From Lama glama (taxonomy: Eukaryota): 64,000 bases of DNA. The translations under genes were made by a program, and so were the position numbers. The stretch's first letter is position 1. Each line of letters opens with the position of its first letter. The notes beneath the pieces were generated by a model that was given only the letters and a program-made list of their open reading frames with translations, did not search any database and was not told where the DNA came from. This document shows, piece by piece, positions 39,195 through 53,004 of this stretch. The stretch is from contig CM052817.1 in NCBI GenBank assembly GCA_028534125.1, positions 85,190,001 through 85,254,000 of the forward strand, written 5' to 3'.

Positions 39195-42100
39195 CTTCTG
39201 GAGTCTTTGGGGGATATTTTCCTGCCCCAGGTCTTTCCTGCGTGTTATTTCTACCTTAGCGTATTTCTGACTTTGGACCTCTGAACATTGGTGACCGTTC
39301 TTCCCAGGGGGCCTGGTCTTAAAGTTTGTGACCTGCCTTTTCCTTTTCCTATCTCATCCCTAGTGTGGACAAAAATCCTTCATTAATTCTTCTGGGACCA
39401 TAGTGTGACTTTGACAATAATTTACTGAAAGTTTGGAAATGATGGCAGGGGAATGCAATATAGAAGGCCTACCTGCCATCTGCAATAAGTTAACAAAGAA
39501 GAAAGGGAGCAAAAATGGGAGATACGTCTACACAGGGTATTAAAGTGACGTTAAAAAAAACCCCAAAAAACCCCCACCCTGCCTTGCGAGGGGCTATTCA
39601 TTGAAAAATGTTTGGTTTTACCCTCACCCCCAAATATATGTACCAGCTTGTTGCATTTTTTTCGCTACCTTAGCGTCCTGTAGAGACAACTTCAGAGCTT
39701 TCCATTGCAAATGTAAGGTGCCTAAAACAGAACTGCATCACTACCCTGAACCCTTTAAAATTTTTTTTCTGAACCCCTTAGACCAACACAAAACAAGCAT
39801 GCTCTGGAAACCTACTGATTTTATGTGAGGAACTGACCAAACTCAGGAAGAGAAAATACAGCACGAAAAGAATTGTAACTTTTATTAATTAGTCCTATGG
39901 CTGTATTGATAGTTAATACTATTTATATAGCTAAGTTTCTATTTAGTAGTAATTACAAGTTTTCCTGCTATTTATTAAAGTGTTTAAAAATAATCTATAT
40001 AAACATTGATTTCTTCACTTTGCCTAGCCTAAGAAGTTAAGTTGTTACAAGTATGTGACAAGTATAACAGATCTACTCCTGATTTGCAGTTGGTTGATAG
40101 TTTATAGTTGCAGACTCTATTCCTAGGAATTCTCCCTGTTTTTGAAAAAATTGAGCCTTGGCCATAGATACAAGAAGGGAAAGTTACAATAGAGAAAATG
40201 AAAACATGAAAGTACCATCATAATCCCTTATTTAAATATAATGAAGTAAAAAAAAAAACCACAAGTACAAATGCACAGCTTAAAATTTGTCTAAAGTATT
40301 CTCCAATGCACCTATGCTTATCATGCTTGTGATTTGAGTTTGAAAAAAGAGTCAGTATTTCCAGGATATATGCTATATTTAAAAAAATTACCTTACTGAT
40401 TTTGATACAATGCATTCAGGGTGATTTTTAATAATTAATTTTACTGTTATAGATATTTAAATTTTTGACATGTAAAAATAAAAAAAGTTATAATATAGAA
40501 ATTATGTTTATGAATTTTACTTGATTGTGATTCAAGAAATAGTAGAAATAAAAAAGTAGTAATAGCAGAACATATTAAATAAATTGGCTATGATTAGGCA
40601 AAGATAATTCAAACAGAATGTAACATACTATCTATAATAGAATACCAAAGAATACTATGTGAGCATTTTGTTTCAACTTAATTTAAATAGATTTTTTATG
40701 ATTATATTCAAAGATTATTTTAAGGAAAAAGGATCTCAATTCAGATTTCTAATTTCTTGGGTCTTTCAGACAGTTCCATCAAATGACTAAAATCTGAAAA
40801 AAAAGATATTTTAAAATATCCACTTGAAATTCCCTAAATATTAATTCCTGTAATGCATCTTTGGATAGTAATACACCGTCAATGTTTACTAATAGCTGTG
40901 TTTAGTTAGTCAGTATGTACTGAATACCTATAATGTACACTTCTTGCCATTATTAATCCCATGCACAGTCTACTCACTGACAAACAGTGGGGATTATCAA
41001 AATGGTTTAGCTTCTTTCCAAAATTGTAAGTTCATGTTTGAGATGAAAATTAATAATGAATATCTGGCTTCTTGTGTGTTCTCGGGAGAGTAATTAGTCA
41101 TAATTAAATACACAGCTCCCTTTTGTGCACACTGTGAACACTCATTGTAAAGTTGTGTATATAGATGTTAGCAGAAGTTCCATGCAAATCCAGGTGTAGT
41201 TGACTGCTCTTTGAGCTTTTTCTCATCCCAGTTCCCCAAGTGAATTTCATATTATTTTAATTGGGCTTCACTTTTGACATATTATTTTAAATGTACTCTT
41301 CAAATTTAGTATAGTTTCCATATATGTGGTAAATAGTGGTATTCAGAAACTTAATTCACTTGTAAATGTATTATTACTGTTATGAACTAATATATTTAAT
41401 CTAATACCTCTCCTATCTTTATTATATCTAATTTCAATAGGATATCTGTGCATATGTGATGTTTCATTTAATACTCTGACATTATATGTTGTTATAGAAT
41501 ATAATTAATATTAGCATTAAAAATTAATTATTTTGAATATACTTAATATATATGCATGTATATATCTATATCTTGAATAATAGTCCTAAAAGCAGAATTT
41601 CCATATAAATTTTATTCAAGATTCAATATCAAGGTATGAAAAAAATAAAATCTGATTCTTTATTATAAATCCTCATTTAAAAATATGTTTTCTATAACCT
41701 AGCTCACTGATAGAATTTCAGGTAGTTTTTGTGTTTTAATTTTATAAAAGAGACCTGAAAAATTCATAATGCTAAAATTTTTTTAGCAGATGACTAGTTG
41801 TACAAACCATAAAAATGCAAAAATGGTAATATGAAAATGCTACTTTTGAAACATGCACCCACTTAAACTTTTATACACAGACACACACACATATATCTGA
41901 CTTACTGTTTTACTCCATGAGAATTGAGAAAGACCTTCCAAAATTGCAGGGTACAAGCATTCCTAGTTGGAAAAAAAAATCTGGAAAAAATATCAAATGC
42001 TGTGAAATTGGCTGTGATAGTAATTCTGCATTACCACCTCTTTTGTTTGTCCAGCAACTTATTGATTAAACAGTATTTTCAAGTCCTTATGTGAGCATCC

Positions 42101-42730
42101 ATGTCCATAGGTAATCTGTGTCATCAACTGCATTTTACAATATTAATGTTTTATTTTCCAAGAACCCTTGAGACTCATTGAAATTGAACACATTTTGCCA
42201 TCATATTTTTCCTTAGATTAGATTCTATGTTTATGTTCTCATTGGAAACCACAAACTGAATTTCATGGGAATAATGCCAAACAATTTAGGCACAAGCAGG
42301 AGTGGAAGAAAAACACCTCATGTTCAGCAGAATACTATTTTAGGACAGAGGATTGAGGAAAACTTTCAGTCCAGTCGAAATTGCAGGGAGAATTAAAATG
42401 GCAGTAAGTGCATATAATTAACCATGCTGGAATTTGTTCAGGATATCAGGGCCAAGTGCTCTTTTAATTATTCAGTTAATGGGCCTCTTCATGCCAAAAT
42501 AGCCACCCTACACTGAGACTGACAGCCTGTTTTTCAGAAGCATGCCCTTATTTGTGCACTCTAAAACCACACAGAAGTTAATTGCTTATCTAATGCCTCC
42601 ATTTCTGTGCCAAGGCTCCAGTTTTACTCATTAAGTTAGATAAATGCATAGATCGTTCTTGGGGTTTGGGAGATAGATACTCTAACAGTAGATAAACCAG
42701 TTCTCTTTCATTGAAATGGTTTGGATATGA

Positions 42731-43347
42731 TGCAGGAAAAACGAATGTGGGGCGTGAGGAGGGCCATGTCCCAAGTCTCATTTGAGCCCCTGGGATGTGC
42801 TCTACCGGGTGTGGGTCCTTGGCTTAGTTCGGCAAAGAATTCAAGAGTGAGCCACAGTTGAGTAAAGGTAGATTTATTTAGAGAGATACATACTGCATAG
42901 GCAGTTTCAGAAGGCATGAGAAAGGCCATGAGGTATGGGGGTTGGGTGCTCAGGTAGACACTGCGGCTGACTTGGAAGAGGAAGGAGTGAGAGAGGTGGC
43001 CACGAGGCATGGTGTTGACAGTTTTTATCGTAGCTTCACACGCCTACAAGTCAGAGGACTATTTCAACTTCTTTGGGTAAGGAGCTGGGATTCCCAGGAA
43101 CTGGGCCACTGCCCACTCTTGGACCTTTTATGGTTAGCCTTGGAACAGTCATGGTGCCTGTGGGCATGTTATTTATCATGCTAATATGCTACAATGAGCA
43201 AATGATGAAGTTCAAGGTCTACTAGAAGTCAAACCTTCTGCCATCTTAATTCTCAAGGCCTACTGGGAGTTGAATCTTCCATTATTATGGTGGTAATTGC
43301 TGTCATTCCTTGAATGGCTGTGTGCTGCTCTCTTCCCTCCTGTCTCA
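42731..43347 (-). mobile_element. Solo ERV1-type LTR
   Basis: TG...CA termini, flanks tatga/tatgt, minus-strand AATAAA at ~42873-42878, aaagaattcaagagtgagcc U5-type motif, GC-rich. Confidence 0.8.
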
Positions 43348-44289
43348 TATGTACAGATCCAGAACATTGAATCTTCATCTTTAAGGACATGCCTGGCTTT
43401 AAAACTTTAATATAAGCTACATCTTACCTTAAGGAGTCCTAAACAGATTATGCACATTATTATTATTTTTTAAAAATAATCTACCCAGTGATGACATCAT
43501 GATAACTTTAACTCTTTATAACTTCTGTCCCTCAGAAGATGGTTTAAGTTATTTTATTAGTCAGTCATTCAGATGTTTACAGATATGCTTGAATCCAATT
43601 TCTAGCCAGTTTGCTGAGTTTTTCACATTTCATTTTTATGCCTTGGTATCCTTTAACTAAGTGAAATTCTTCTACTTACTCAGGTATTCCCTCCTGAAAA
43701 AAGATCTACACGAATTATAAAATGCTTCCACTTTCCTATAAATCAGTAATGCCCCCAAATATTAAAGAGACTCATAGAAATTTTACTCAAGCCCTGCAGT
43801 ACAAACAAGTGTGTGTTGAGTATCAAACCCTCTAGGGAATCATGGGAAGTATGAGGTAGTTTGTTTCAGTTTCTCCTTAGTATTCCGCTGGCTCTGAAGA
43901 GACCGATGCAGACACATGTTCAGTTCTTCACTTGGGTTTCTCCTTCCCTCTAGTATTGCCTCTTGTCTCTTTCATACAATATGCCTCTAACTTCCACTAC
44001 AGACTCAGGAAGATATTTCTGCATTTATTAAAACAAGCTTGCCTTTCTTAAAACATACCATAAACACAAAGTTGTGTAATTGCAATTAGAAATCTTACTG
44101 CCAACACAACTAGGAACTCTAAAACCTGATAGTATTAACAGGTTACTTTATTATAGGCTAAGTTATTTAATTTGATTAAGAGGTTTCTTTTGAGGATTAA
44201 AATGTATACTTTATACTTTTTTTCTTTAATTGACTTTAAATGTGATATAACCTATGAATGTCTATACAGATCACAGAAAATAATTGAAA

Positions 44290-44400
44290 TATACTTTTCA
44301 TTTCTGGGTCCATCATTTTAACAAGATCATTGACAAGTCGGAAAGTGTTTCAAACAAGCACAACAAAGATGATAAGACTGTGAACTCAAAATTATGTTAA
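44290..44400 (+). mobile_element. CR1/L3 LINE fragment
   Basis: ttctgggtccatcattttaacaagatcattgacaagtcggaaagtgtttcaaa...acaaagatgata resembles L3 (ttctgggcaccacattttaagagggacattgacaaactggag). Confidence 0.55.
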
Positions 44401-44799
44401 TCAAAGGATTTTCTACATTGATTTTTCTCTGAAATTAAAAAAAAAGCAGTGTTTTTACTTACTTTACCTTTCTTAATGTTCAGAATCACCCTTTGAATAA
44501 GAAAAGAATTTTAAAAAGCTGAGTAAAATGATTCTCAGATGACTTCACATGCATTAATAAATGGAATAACCAGAATTTAATACCAGGTTTGCTGTACTAA
44601 CAGTCACTGACATTTTCAAGATACCATCATGATTCTGTAGAAAAATATACCAGCTTATTTTGATTTGTACTGGAAAGCTAAACTAGAAAATCAGTTTGTC
44701 TATAATAGGAACACAAATTTTGGGTTCATATACAAAACTATGAGATGAAGAGAAATGGTGACAGTAAAATAAGAGATAAAGTCAAAGCCTTGATTTTTA

Positions 44800-45480
44800 T
44801 GCTGGAGAGGGTGTGGAGAAAAGGGAACCCTCCTGCACTCTTGGTAGTTTGGTGCAGCCATTATGGAAAACAATATAGAGATTCCTTAAAACAAACAAAC
44901 AAAAAACCTGAAAATAGGCTTATCCTATGATCCAGCAATTCCACTCCTGGGCAGATATCCAGAGGAAACTCTAATGCAAAAAGATACATGCTCCGTAATG
45001 TTCATAGTAGCACTATTTGCAGTACCAAGTCATGGAAGCAACCTAAATGTCCATTGACAGATGATTGGCTAAAGAAGTTGTAGTATATTTATATAATGGA
45101 ATACTACTCAGCCATAGAAAGAAAATAATGCCGTTTTTAGCAACATGGATGGACCTGAAGATCAGCATACCAAGGCAAGTAAGCCAGAAAGAAAAATACC
45201 ATTTAATATCACTTATATGTGGAATCTAAAAAAATGAGACAAATAAACTAATTTACAAAATGGAAACAGACTCACGGACATAGAAAACAAACTTATGGTT
45301 GCCAGGAGGAAAGGAGAGGGTGGAGGGATAAATTGGGAATTTGGGATTTGCAGATACTACTACTATATATAAAATAGGTTTACAACTTTCTGTTGTATAA
45401 CACAGGAAACTATAGTTAATATCTTGCCTATAAGGAAAAGAACTATGAAAAAGAATATATATATACACATATACACACAC
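44800..45480 (+). mobile_element. LINE-1 3' fragment (ORF2 end plus part of the 3'UTR)
   Basis: gctggagagggtgtggagaaaagggaaccctcc...tatgatccagcaattccactcctggg...atggaatactactcagcc. Direct repeats tgattttta at 44791-44799 and 45481-45489. Confidence 0.9.
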
Positions 45481-47549
45481 TGATTTTTAAAAAAATGTTC
45501 ATAATGGACTAAGTCAGCTTACATCAATATTTCCCAAAGAAAATTCTTAAACACTTTTCTGGAACACGTTATTGGATAGGTAAAGTATATATAGAGGAAT
45601 GAAACAGAACAATACAAAAAAATTGATTAGGTACAATTACCAAAGGAATTCTAATTCATAAGATGTCAAACTAATTTTTAAGGAAAATAATGGTTGTGCA
45701 GGTGTTTTGGATTCATTAGGGAATGCTACATCCCAGCTTGCTCTTGTTGGTGGATTTGTGCTAGTCCTTCTCTGAAGACCGTGATATTTGCATAAATTTC
45801 TCTCTTGGCAAAAATATGTGAGAAGACTAATACCACCATATTGTCTAATACAGAATTTATTGCTGTACAAAACTATGAGGTTGGGCTGGTGAAGAAAAAC
45901 AGTAAACTGTAGATTTTGCTTTCGCACATTTAAAAGTGCCACAGTTCAACACATTTGTTTTCTAAATCTTCAAGGAAAATTTCTTTCTTAGGAATATACT
46001 GCCTGCTTAACTTAGGGCTTTATACATACTTGGCACAATAGTAGATACTGAGGCTTAGCATACCCTCGTATTAGAACAGCAGCAGAATTTAGTAAGTAGT
46101 TGTGGGTTTTATTGATCTTTATAGTTGATGGTAGGGCTGTATTTTCAGCTATCTTTATTCTTTTGATTGTTTAATAGAAATAAGTATACACATGACAGAG
46201 AACCAGGCTTCCTTCACGGCAGATCTTTGGAGAGCCAAGGTATTAATGTCAAAAACGTGAGAATTAGGAGGCATGTTTGGTGGGTTATTGTTGATTATAA
46301 TTGATAGACCATGAGTAAACCATTATTTTGAACTGTCGTACTCAGGGCAAATAGAAGACTTGGAAGAGAAGATGATAGGTTGTATAAATTCCTTAAGGGC
46401 CACAAAATGAGTATCTTAAAATTCAGGCAAAGAGAGAAAGACTTTTATTTCAATGTTAATCAAAAATCCTTCCCCACTAAAGTTTACCCTCTTTATATAA
46501 AGAACATACTCAAGAGAGCAATGATTGTCATTATCTTATTCCAAAGCTACTAAGTTGCTGACATAATCAGAGGGGCCACATTTTAACCACAGCATTGTTT
46601 AAATTAAATAATAAATAGTAAATGACAGACTGTGGGGTTCAATTTTCAAATAGAACTAAACAAGAAGAGTTTTTTCCACTCTAGTATTTCTGTACACATT
46701 TTTCTACTTTCTATTTTTTTTTTTTTTTTGAGAAGGAGGATGATTCCTTATTTATTGTCACAACACAGCAGAAAGCAGGAACTGTACTTTGACATCAGTT
46801 CCTTTTACCTGGCCATTCTCATGGGACAACTGTGTGGCTGAACCACAGTGACTCCAATTTGTTAGCTCCATCTTGGGATTGCAGTCCTACCTCTCCTTGT
46901 CCTTTCCCAATGGCTGAGCTTTAGCCTAACTCACAAGGAATTAGCCCAAGCTAGTTTGCCTTCATGTGATAGAAAACTGGACAAGTGTTTGCTGATGCAG
47001 ATAGCTAATGAGACCCCTTGGCAGGAGGAAAATCCCCTGGTTCCAGTCAGTGCAGCCCTGTGCTTCTCCCTTGGCTGTAAAATTCTAGTTTTAGTTTTAA
47101 CCTGTACCCCTTTCAGTGGCCTTGAGTGCAGCTGCAAATCTTTGTTAACAAATCTTCACTCTGCCCAGAAGATAGGCACTATGTTTTCTGAGTCTCTTTG
47201 ATATACAAACAGCCATGCAATAATTGTCTGAAACAGAAGAAATGTGAGAACCCCATGGAAAATCAGCTTCCAATAGAGTTCTAAAATACATATCTAGGAT
47301 TTTATTTTTTTCACCACCAGCACCCCTTACTTGTTGGATCAAACGAAAAAGCTGGGCCTTTAACTTGACTCCCACATCTTTTTTCTCTACGCTTATCTGT
47401 TCATCAGAACTCTTTATATATCAGATATCTTTCAATGATGTTCACTTTTTTCTATTCTCATTGTTATTGCCATAATTAGTTTACCACGACCAGTAACTTG
47501 GTTTCTTGCAAGAGCCACCTTGCATGGTTGTTGGGCCCAAATCCTGTTC

Positions 47550-48127
47550 AGCATTAATGCTTTCTTTATAAATTCAGCCAGGATTATCTTTTGAAGATGC
47601 AAATCTTTTAAGGTCACTCTTTTACATGAAATACTTTATACATTGCCTTTGATTTCAGGATATAATCCACATTTCTTTAAATGTCTTGCAGTTTACTGAA
47701 TCTGTTTTTCTCTTCTTTGTCTTCTCTTACCACCCTCCTCTAAGGCTTGTTGCATCTCTACTGAAATACTTAATGTTCCAGGACTCTGCACATCCCATTT
47801 CTTCTTCCTGAAATATCCTTTCCCTTGAACCTCATTCCCTTTCTAAGGCTGATTACTGCCTGCGCATTCCTCATGGATCAACTTAGATGTCATTTCCTCC
47901 AAAAATCCTCTTTGGCTCTTCCCAGTCCAGATTATGCAGCTCCATACTTCTCCTTTAATATCTCTTATCACATAGTAATTAAATTGCCTATTAACTTGTT
48001 TTTATATTTCATTAGGTAGTAAGTTCTACAATGATAAGTACCCAGGACCCACACAGATTGGCATATGGTACTCATTCATAAATGCTTATTGAATATATGA
48101 ATAAATAAAAATGAAGGAATAAATGAA
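47550..48127 (+). mobile_element. LINE-2 3' fragment
   Basis: cagccaggattatcttttgaagatgcaaatct...ggcatatggtactcattcataaatgcttattgaat. Confidence 0.6.
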
Positions 48128-48929
48128 TATATAATGTGATGCTTACTTTGATGTTAGAAATAGAAATGTACTCCAGGAATAATGGAAACAAGTTAGAATC
48201 AATCCTATACTTGGACACTACTTTTAATTTCTTTCTTTCTTTTTATTTTTCCTGTGATCTTCTACCCATGACATTGTTCTGGCCTTACTGGTATACATAC
48301 TATGTCACTTTACAAAGAAGATTTTAAATGTCAACCAACTCTTGATTTCTTAGAATTTTATTCACCAAAAAGAAGCAGTGGGAAAATACGACAGGTGGAT
48401 ACGTGTTGAGGATTAGAGTACACTGGGGACTGAAATGAAGCTACCAATCTCATTAGCTGTCTTCTGAGCAGCCAGATTCTACCTAGGTCCCCAAGGTGAA
48501 AGGCTAATAATTAATTCAATTTACTATCTATTCTGTAGAAAGCTCCAAAGGTTAAGATTATAGAGGACCGATGAGGGCAATCTTTTATACTGTTTAAATT
48601 GCTGTTTAAATTTGAATTAGATTCTAACGGTGACAGTTTGAAACTGACACAGTTTAATTCATTTATCACATTCCAAAACCTGCCTACCTGAACTGGCTTT
48701 AAAGTATGTCTTAAATAAGCAGTCAGTCAATGCATTTACTTGTCCATTTTTATTATTTGCTTGGAATTTAAAGATGAACAGCAATTGCTAGCCTTCTTAA
48801 CATTTTTGTTCACTTTTTATTGTTTTAGCTTTATCTACTGTGGTTTCCCCCACCTGTCATGGTGTAAAAAATTTTGTTGGTAATGTACAATAAATGTACA
48901 GCATTCTGGAGGTAGAATTGGTTAATGTA

Positions 48930-49110
48930 ATAATAACAACAACTTACATTTATATAGTGTTTATGATTTACCAGGCCGTATTTTACCAGTCTTTATTTAA
49001 TCCCTCAACAATCCTTCTGGGTACTTATTATTTCATTCATATTTTAGAGATGAATAAATTGAAAACCAGAGTGCTACATTTTCCAAAGTTATACAACAAA
49101 TGAATGACAA
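48930..49110 (-). mobile_element. MIR SINE
   Basis: aacttacatttatatagtg...atttaatccctcaacaatcc...catattttagagatgaataaattga. Confidence 0.65.
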
Positions 49111-50559
49111 AACTGCCTTTCAAAATCAGTAATGGAAACATTTGCCTAAATTCAGCCGTATTTGCTTCACTGGAATTTAGGCACTTCTCAAATTTCTCCA
49201 CATTTTGTATATTCTGAGGGAATCTGGTGTTCTGCCCATAGACTTGTACTTGGTTAGTGTACAGCAGTTGCCATTTCTTTTCTTTCTTACCCCGACCTTC
49301 TAGTGATGTTCTGTTGTGATGCTGCTGCTTTTCCCTGGAAACAGGAGGCCTGCAGGTGCCTGCATTCTCCAGCATGTCTCCCACAGCCGGTGCCTGCCAG
49401 ATAATGTCCCAAGTCTGCCACGGCCAACTATACTAAGGGCACTGGGGACTGCATGCAGGGAGATTTTCTGCTGCAGCCAGAAAGTGTTCACGCTGATCCT
49501 GTTGACATTTTTCACCCCTGATATTTTAGTTTTCATTCAAGACACAGTTGCAGGTCATGATGTTTGGGTGTAGGAAAAGTTCAAAAAGGCAGGAATTAAA
49601 TATCTGAGAGAAAAATAAAATTCTATACTTGGTATTATTCCTCCATTTATTTTACAAAGGACGTACATCAATTCTCCTTCTCTTCTCTCACTCACATACC
49701 TAAGTAAGACCCCAAGGGGCAGTTCCTTCACTAATGCACAGAATTCGAACATAGTAGGATGTGGCAGGGCTCCTGCATCTGGAAACAATGAGAGATACCA
49801 GTCTTTCTTCCTTTAGTGTAATCAGTACTGCTTCTTTTCTGCCAAAATAAAGGAGAAAGAATCAGAATCACTGTTTGTTTTTGTTTTGTTTTGTTTTTCT
49901 TTCTTTTTTCTCTCTGGATCAATAAAATGTTACCCGAATCAGTGAAAACTTTCTATGCATCAAATGGGCCTTTAAGTATTACTTTATATGCTTACAAAGG
50001 ACAGGAGGTAGGAAGGGATTTATATTTTCAATCTAAATCTGTAGTACACAATGATAACATCTACATGAGGTCTAATGCAAAATTGGCAGGAGGGCTAAAG
50101 AACCAATAGACTTATCTGGTTACATTGTTGAGTAATTTATGTTTTCAGCATGGCTTTAAAGGAAGAAAGAATTGCAGCACAGATAAATGAATACTGTTCT
50201 GTGTCTGTAAGAAAGCAAAACCACGGAGGATGCAAAGGATGATACCTAATAGGCTGCCAAAAAGATAGGAAATATAACAAAATGAAGGATACTACAGCTG
50301 GCATTCAGACTGCTGACTATCATACTTTGAGTATGATCATTTTTGGTTTTTGTTTCAATATGTTTGAAATCATATTATAGGCAGGAGCACCAATGAGGAA
50401 GTGTAGACTTTGTTACACTTTTGATGTAATTTACTTGATGAAAAAGAGAACTATAGAATTTTATATGTGGAAATTTTCATTTTTATTATTTACATATTAA
50501 TTATATATATCTAGATTTTGTTTATTATTTTCAACATAATAATATTTTTAATAGTAGCT

Positions 50560-51070
50560 TTCTACACTGTAACATTGTTCATCTCTTATTGAAATATGCT
50601 TTTGGGATTAGCTGCTTTTGCTTAGCATGGCATCTGTGAAATTCATTCCTGTTGTGTGTAGCTCTAATCCATTCTTTTCTCATTGCTATATAGTAGTCCC
50701 TTGTACAAGCATTTAGTAATTTATCCCATCCTTTGATGGGCATTAGAATTATTTAAAGTTTCAGGATACTGTGAATAAAGCTATTACAACTATTTTTGTA
50801 AATATCTTTTTTCCACACATGCACTTATTTCTATTGTGTATGTTTCTGTGAGTGAAACTGCTGGATATAATGCATATCTGTATAACTTCAGTGGATAATG
50901 TCAAATGCTCTTCCAAAGTAGTCACACAGATTTACATTCACAAAAATAGTGTCTGGGAATTCCAGGTTGTGCACATTGCTGTCACTACCAGAATTGTTGG
51001 TTTATTTTGTTTTAAAATATATATGCACTGGTATTTCATGGTAGTTTTGATTTACATGTCTTTCTTGATT
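50560..51070 (-). mobile_element. Old LINE-1 3' fragment (L1ME-like)
   Basis: gcttttgcttagcatg...gatgggcatt...gaaactgctggata...atttacatt motifs. Confidence 0.6.
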
Positions 51071-51399
51071 TATTGCCTGAGTCATGAAGTAGAAAATGCC
51101 GTAAAGGAAAAGTAAGAACTAAATGTTGGACTTTCCTTAGTGTACTCTCATTTTTCTCAGATATAGCCCCTTGTGTCTTGGCGGATTTGGTGGTTCTTCT
51201 GTGCCTTGAAACTGTTGTTATTTTATATTTCCTCTACTTTTACGATTATTTTTGTTGGAATGGTTAGGCTGATATAATCTCTTCTATCATGGCCTGTGGT
51301 GGAGACTTAGCATGTTTTGGAAGGTTTTGAACAGAGGGCCTGATAGTAATTTTATTACTGATTTGGTGTTATAACAAGGGTCCTTCCTTGATTTTGAAT

Positions 51400-52680
51400 T
51401 AGGTGGAGATGTGATACATAGTAAGATACCAAATTGAAATGGAAATATAAACTTAATACAAATTTTGGGGAATTTCTAAATTAAGAAGGAAAACTTATTT
51501 CACAATTTTTAAGTCCTAGGTTATATATAGAAATCAAAAGAGCAATAAAGAGAGATCTGGTGAAGATTTGTTTGGAGAGAGACTACTGAATGAATCTCCT
51601 CCCTTCCCCTTGGTAGACGTTTGATGGAGCATTACTCCATATCTAGAGTAGGCATCACTAGGGTGATTAGGGTTTCAGAAGGGGACCGCCTGGGGACCTT
51701 TGACACGTTTTCGGTGCAGCTGAGAGACAAATTATGCCTGAGAAAGCTAACATAGAACATAAATTGAGTTATGACCCAGCAAATGAGTTTTCTAGGTGGT
51801 TAGAAGAGTAGATGTTTATAGTGAATCTAAGAGAGTGATGGTGGGTTTGCCTTGTAGGTCTAGACTTTATCAGAGTAAATTTATAAGGGTAAGGTCTATC
51901 TGGAGTTTATCAGGTAAGTTTACCAGGTGGTTGAGTGCTTCCTATGGCCAGATAGGAACCTTGTGAGAAAGAGGACCAGTGTGAAGGAAGCCTGAATCTT
52001 GTCCAACAAAACTCAGTACAGATGCAGGGGACAGACCAACAGGAAGAGGGTGGCACCCTGCTGGTGGATACCCAGTGGCTAAGCTAGATGTCACAAACAA
52101 CTACCAGGAATAGTGGTAGATCCTGTGGGAGTCCGCAGAAGGGAACCTGATGCAGGGCACAGACAGAGAGCTCCAGAGTGTCTATTGATAGAAAGAGTCA
52201 GCTTTAATGATGAGCAGGAAGCTCAGAATTGAAGTAAGAAGTTTCCTATTCTCTGCCTCTTCTTCTTCCTCTGACCTATTTGGGCAGAGAAAGAGCTGCC
52301 AGAGAGTGAAGGAAGAGACAATAGAGAAAAAAATGACCTCTAGCTTCTTCCCAGTTGCTGGTTTAAAATCTGAAGCAGCTTCAAACTGGAATGAGGAAGA
52401 AAAATTGAAGTCAGGTATACAATTTTATTTCTTATGTGAAACTATATATTATTATATGGGACTAGAAGATATTCAAGACTGAATTTATGTTACAAATGTT
52501 GTAGAACCATCTTTAATACCACAGTAGTCACTGCCTTGACAGTTTTTATCTAGTGATAGGAAAAACTTTCTTGCAATGAATGAAGTTTAAAAGAATGATA
52601 TGAGACAAAAAGTTGCATATATATGTATATGTGATTAATTACTATCCCTGTATCTTGCTTGTTCAACAAACTGATTTTAA
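51400..52680 (+). mobile_element. Possible ancient LTR (LTR78/MamGypLTR-like)
   Basis: ~1.2 kb purine-rich, GC-elevated block within L1-rich DNA. The family was judged only by overall resemblance. Confidence 0.35.
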
Positions 52681-53004
52681 ATTAATTGTTCTGACTACCC
52701 TGTGCTTCACTTTGAATGTTTTCTAGTAATTTGTCTTCTAGTTTGGTAATCCTCTGTTTACCAGATTCTTATTTGTTATTCAGCCCTAATTTTAGTTACC
52801 ATATTGTTTAGTTTTACAGCCATTATTTGATTAAAAAATAGGTTCTAGTGCTCTGGTGAAATTCACTGTGTTATCATACTTTTTCCTAATATTAGTCACA
52901 GTTATTTTGAAGTCTCTTGCTGCTAGCTCTAGTGTCTGGAATGCTTGTTCATCTGTTTTGAAACTTCAACTTTTATTTTGTTCCTGTTTCTTTTTTTAAA
53001 ATTA

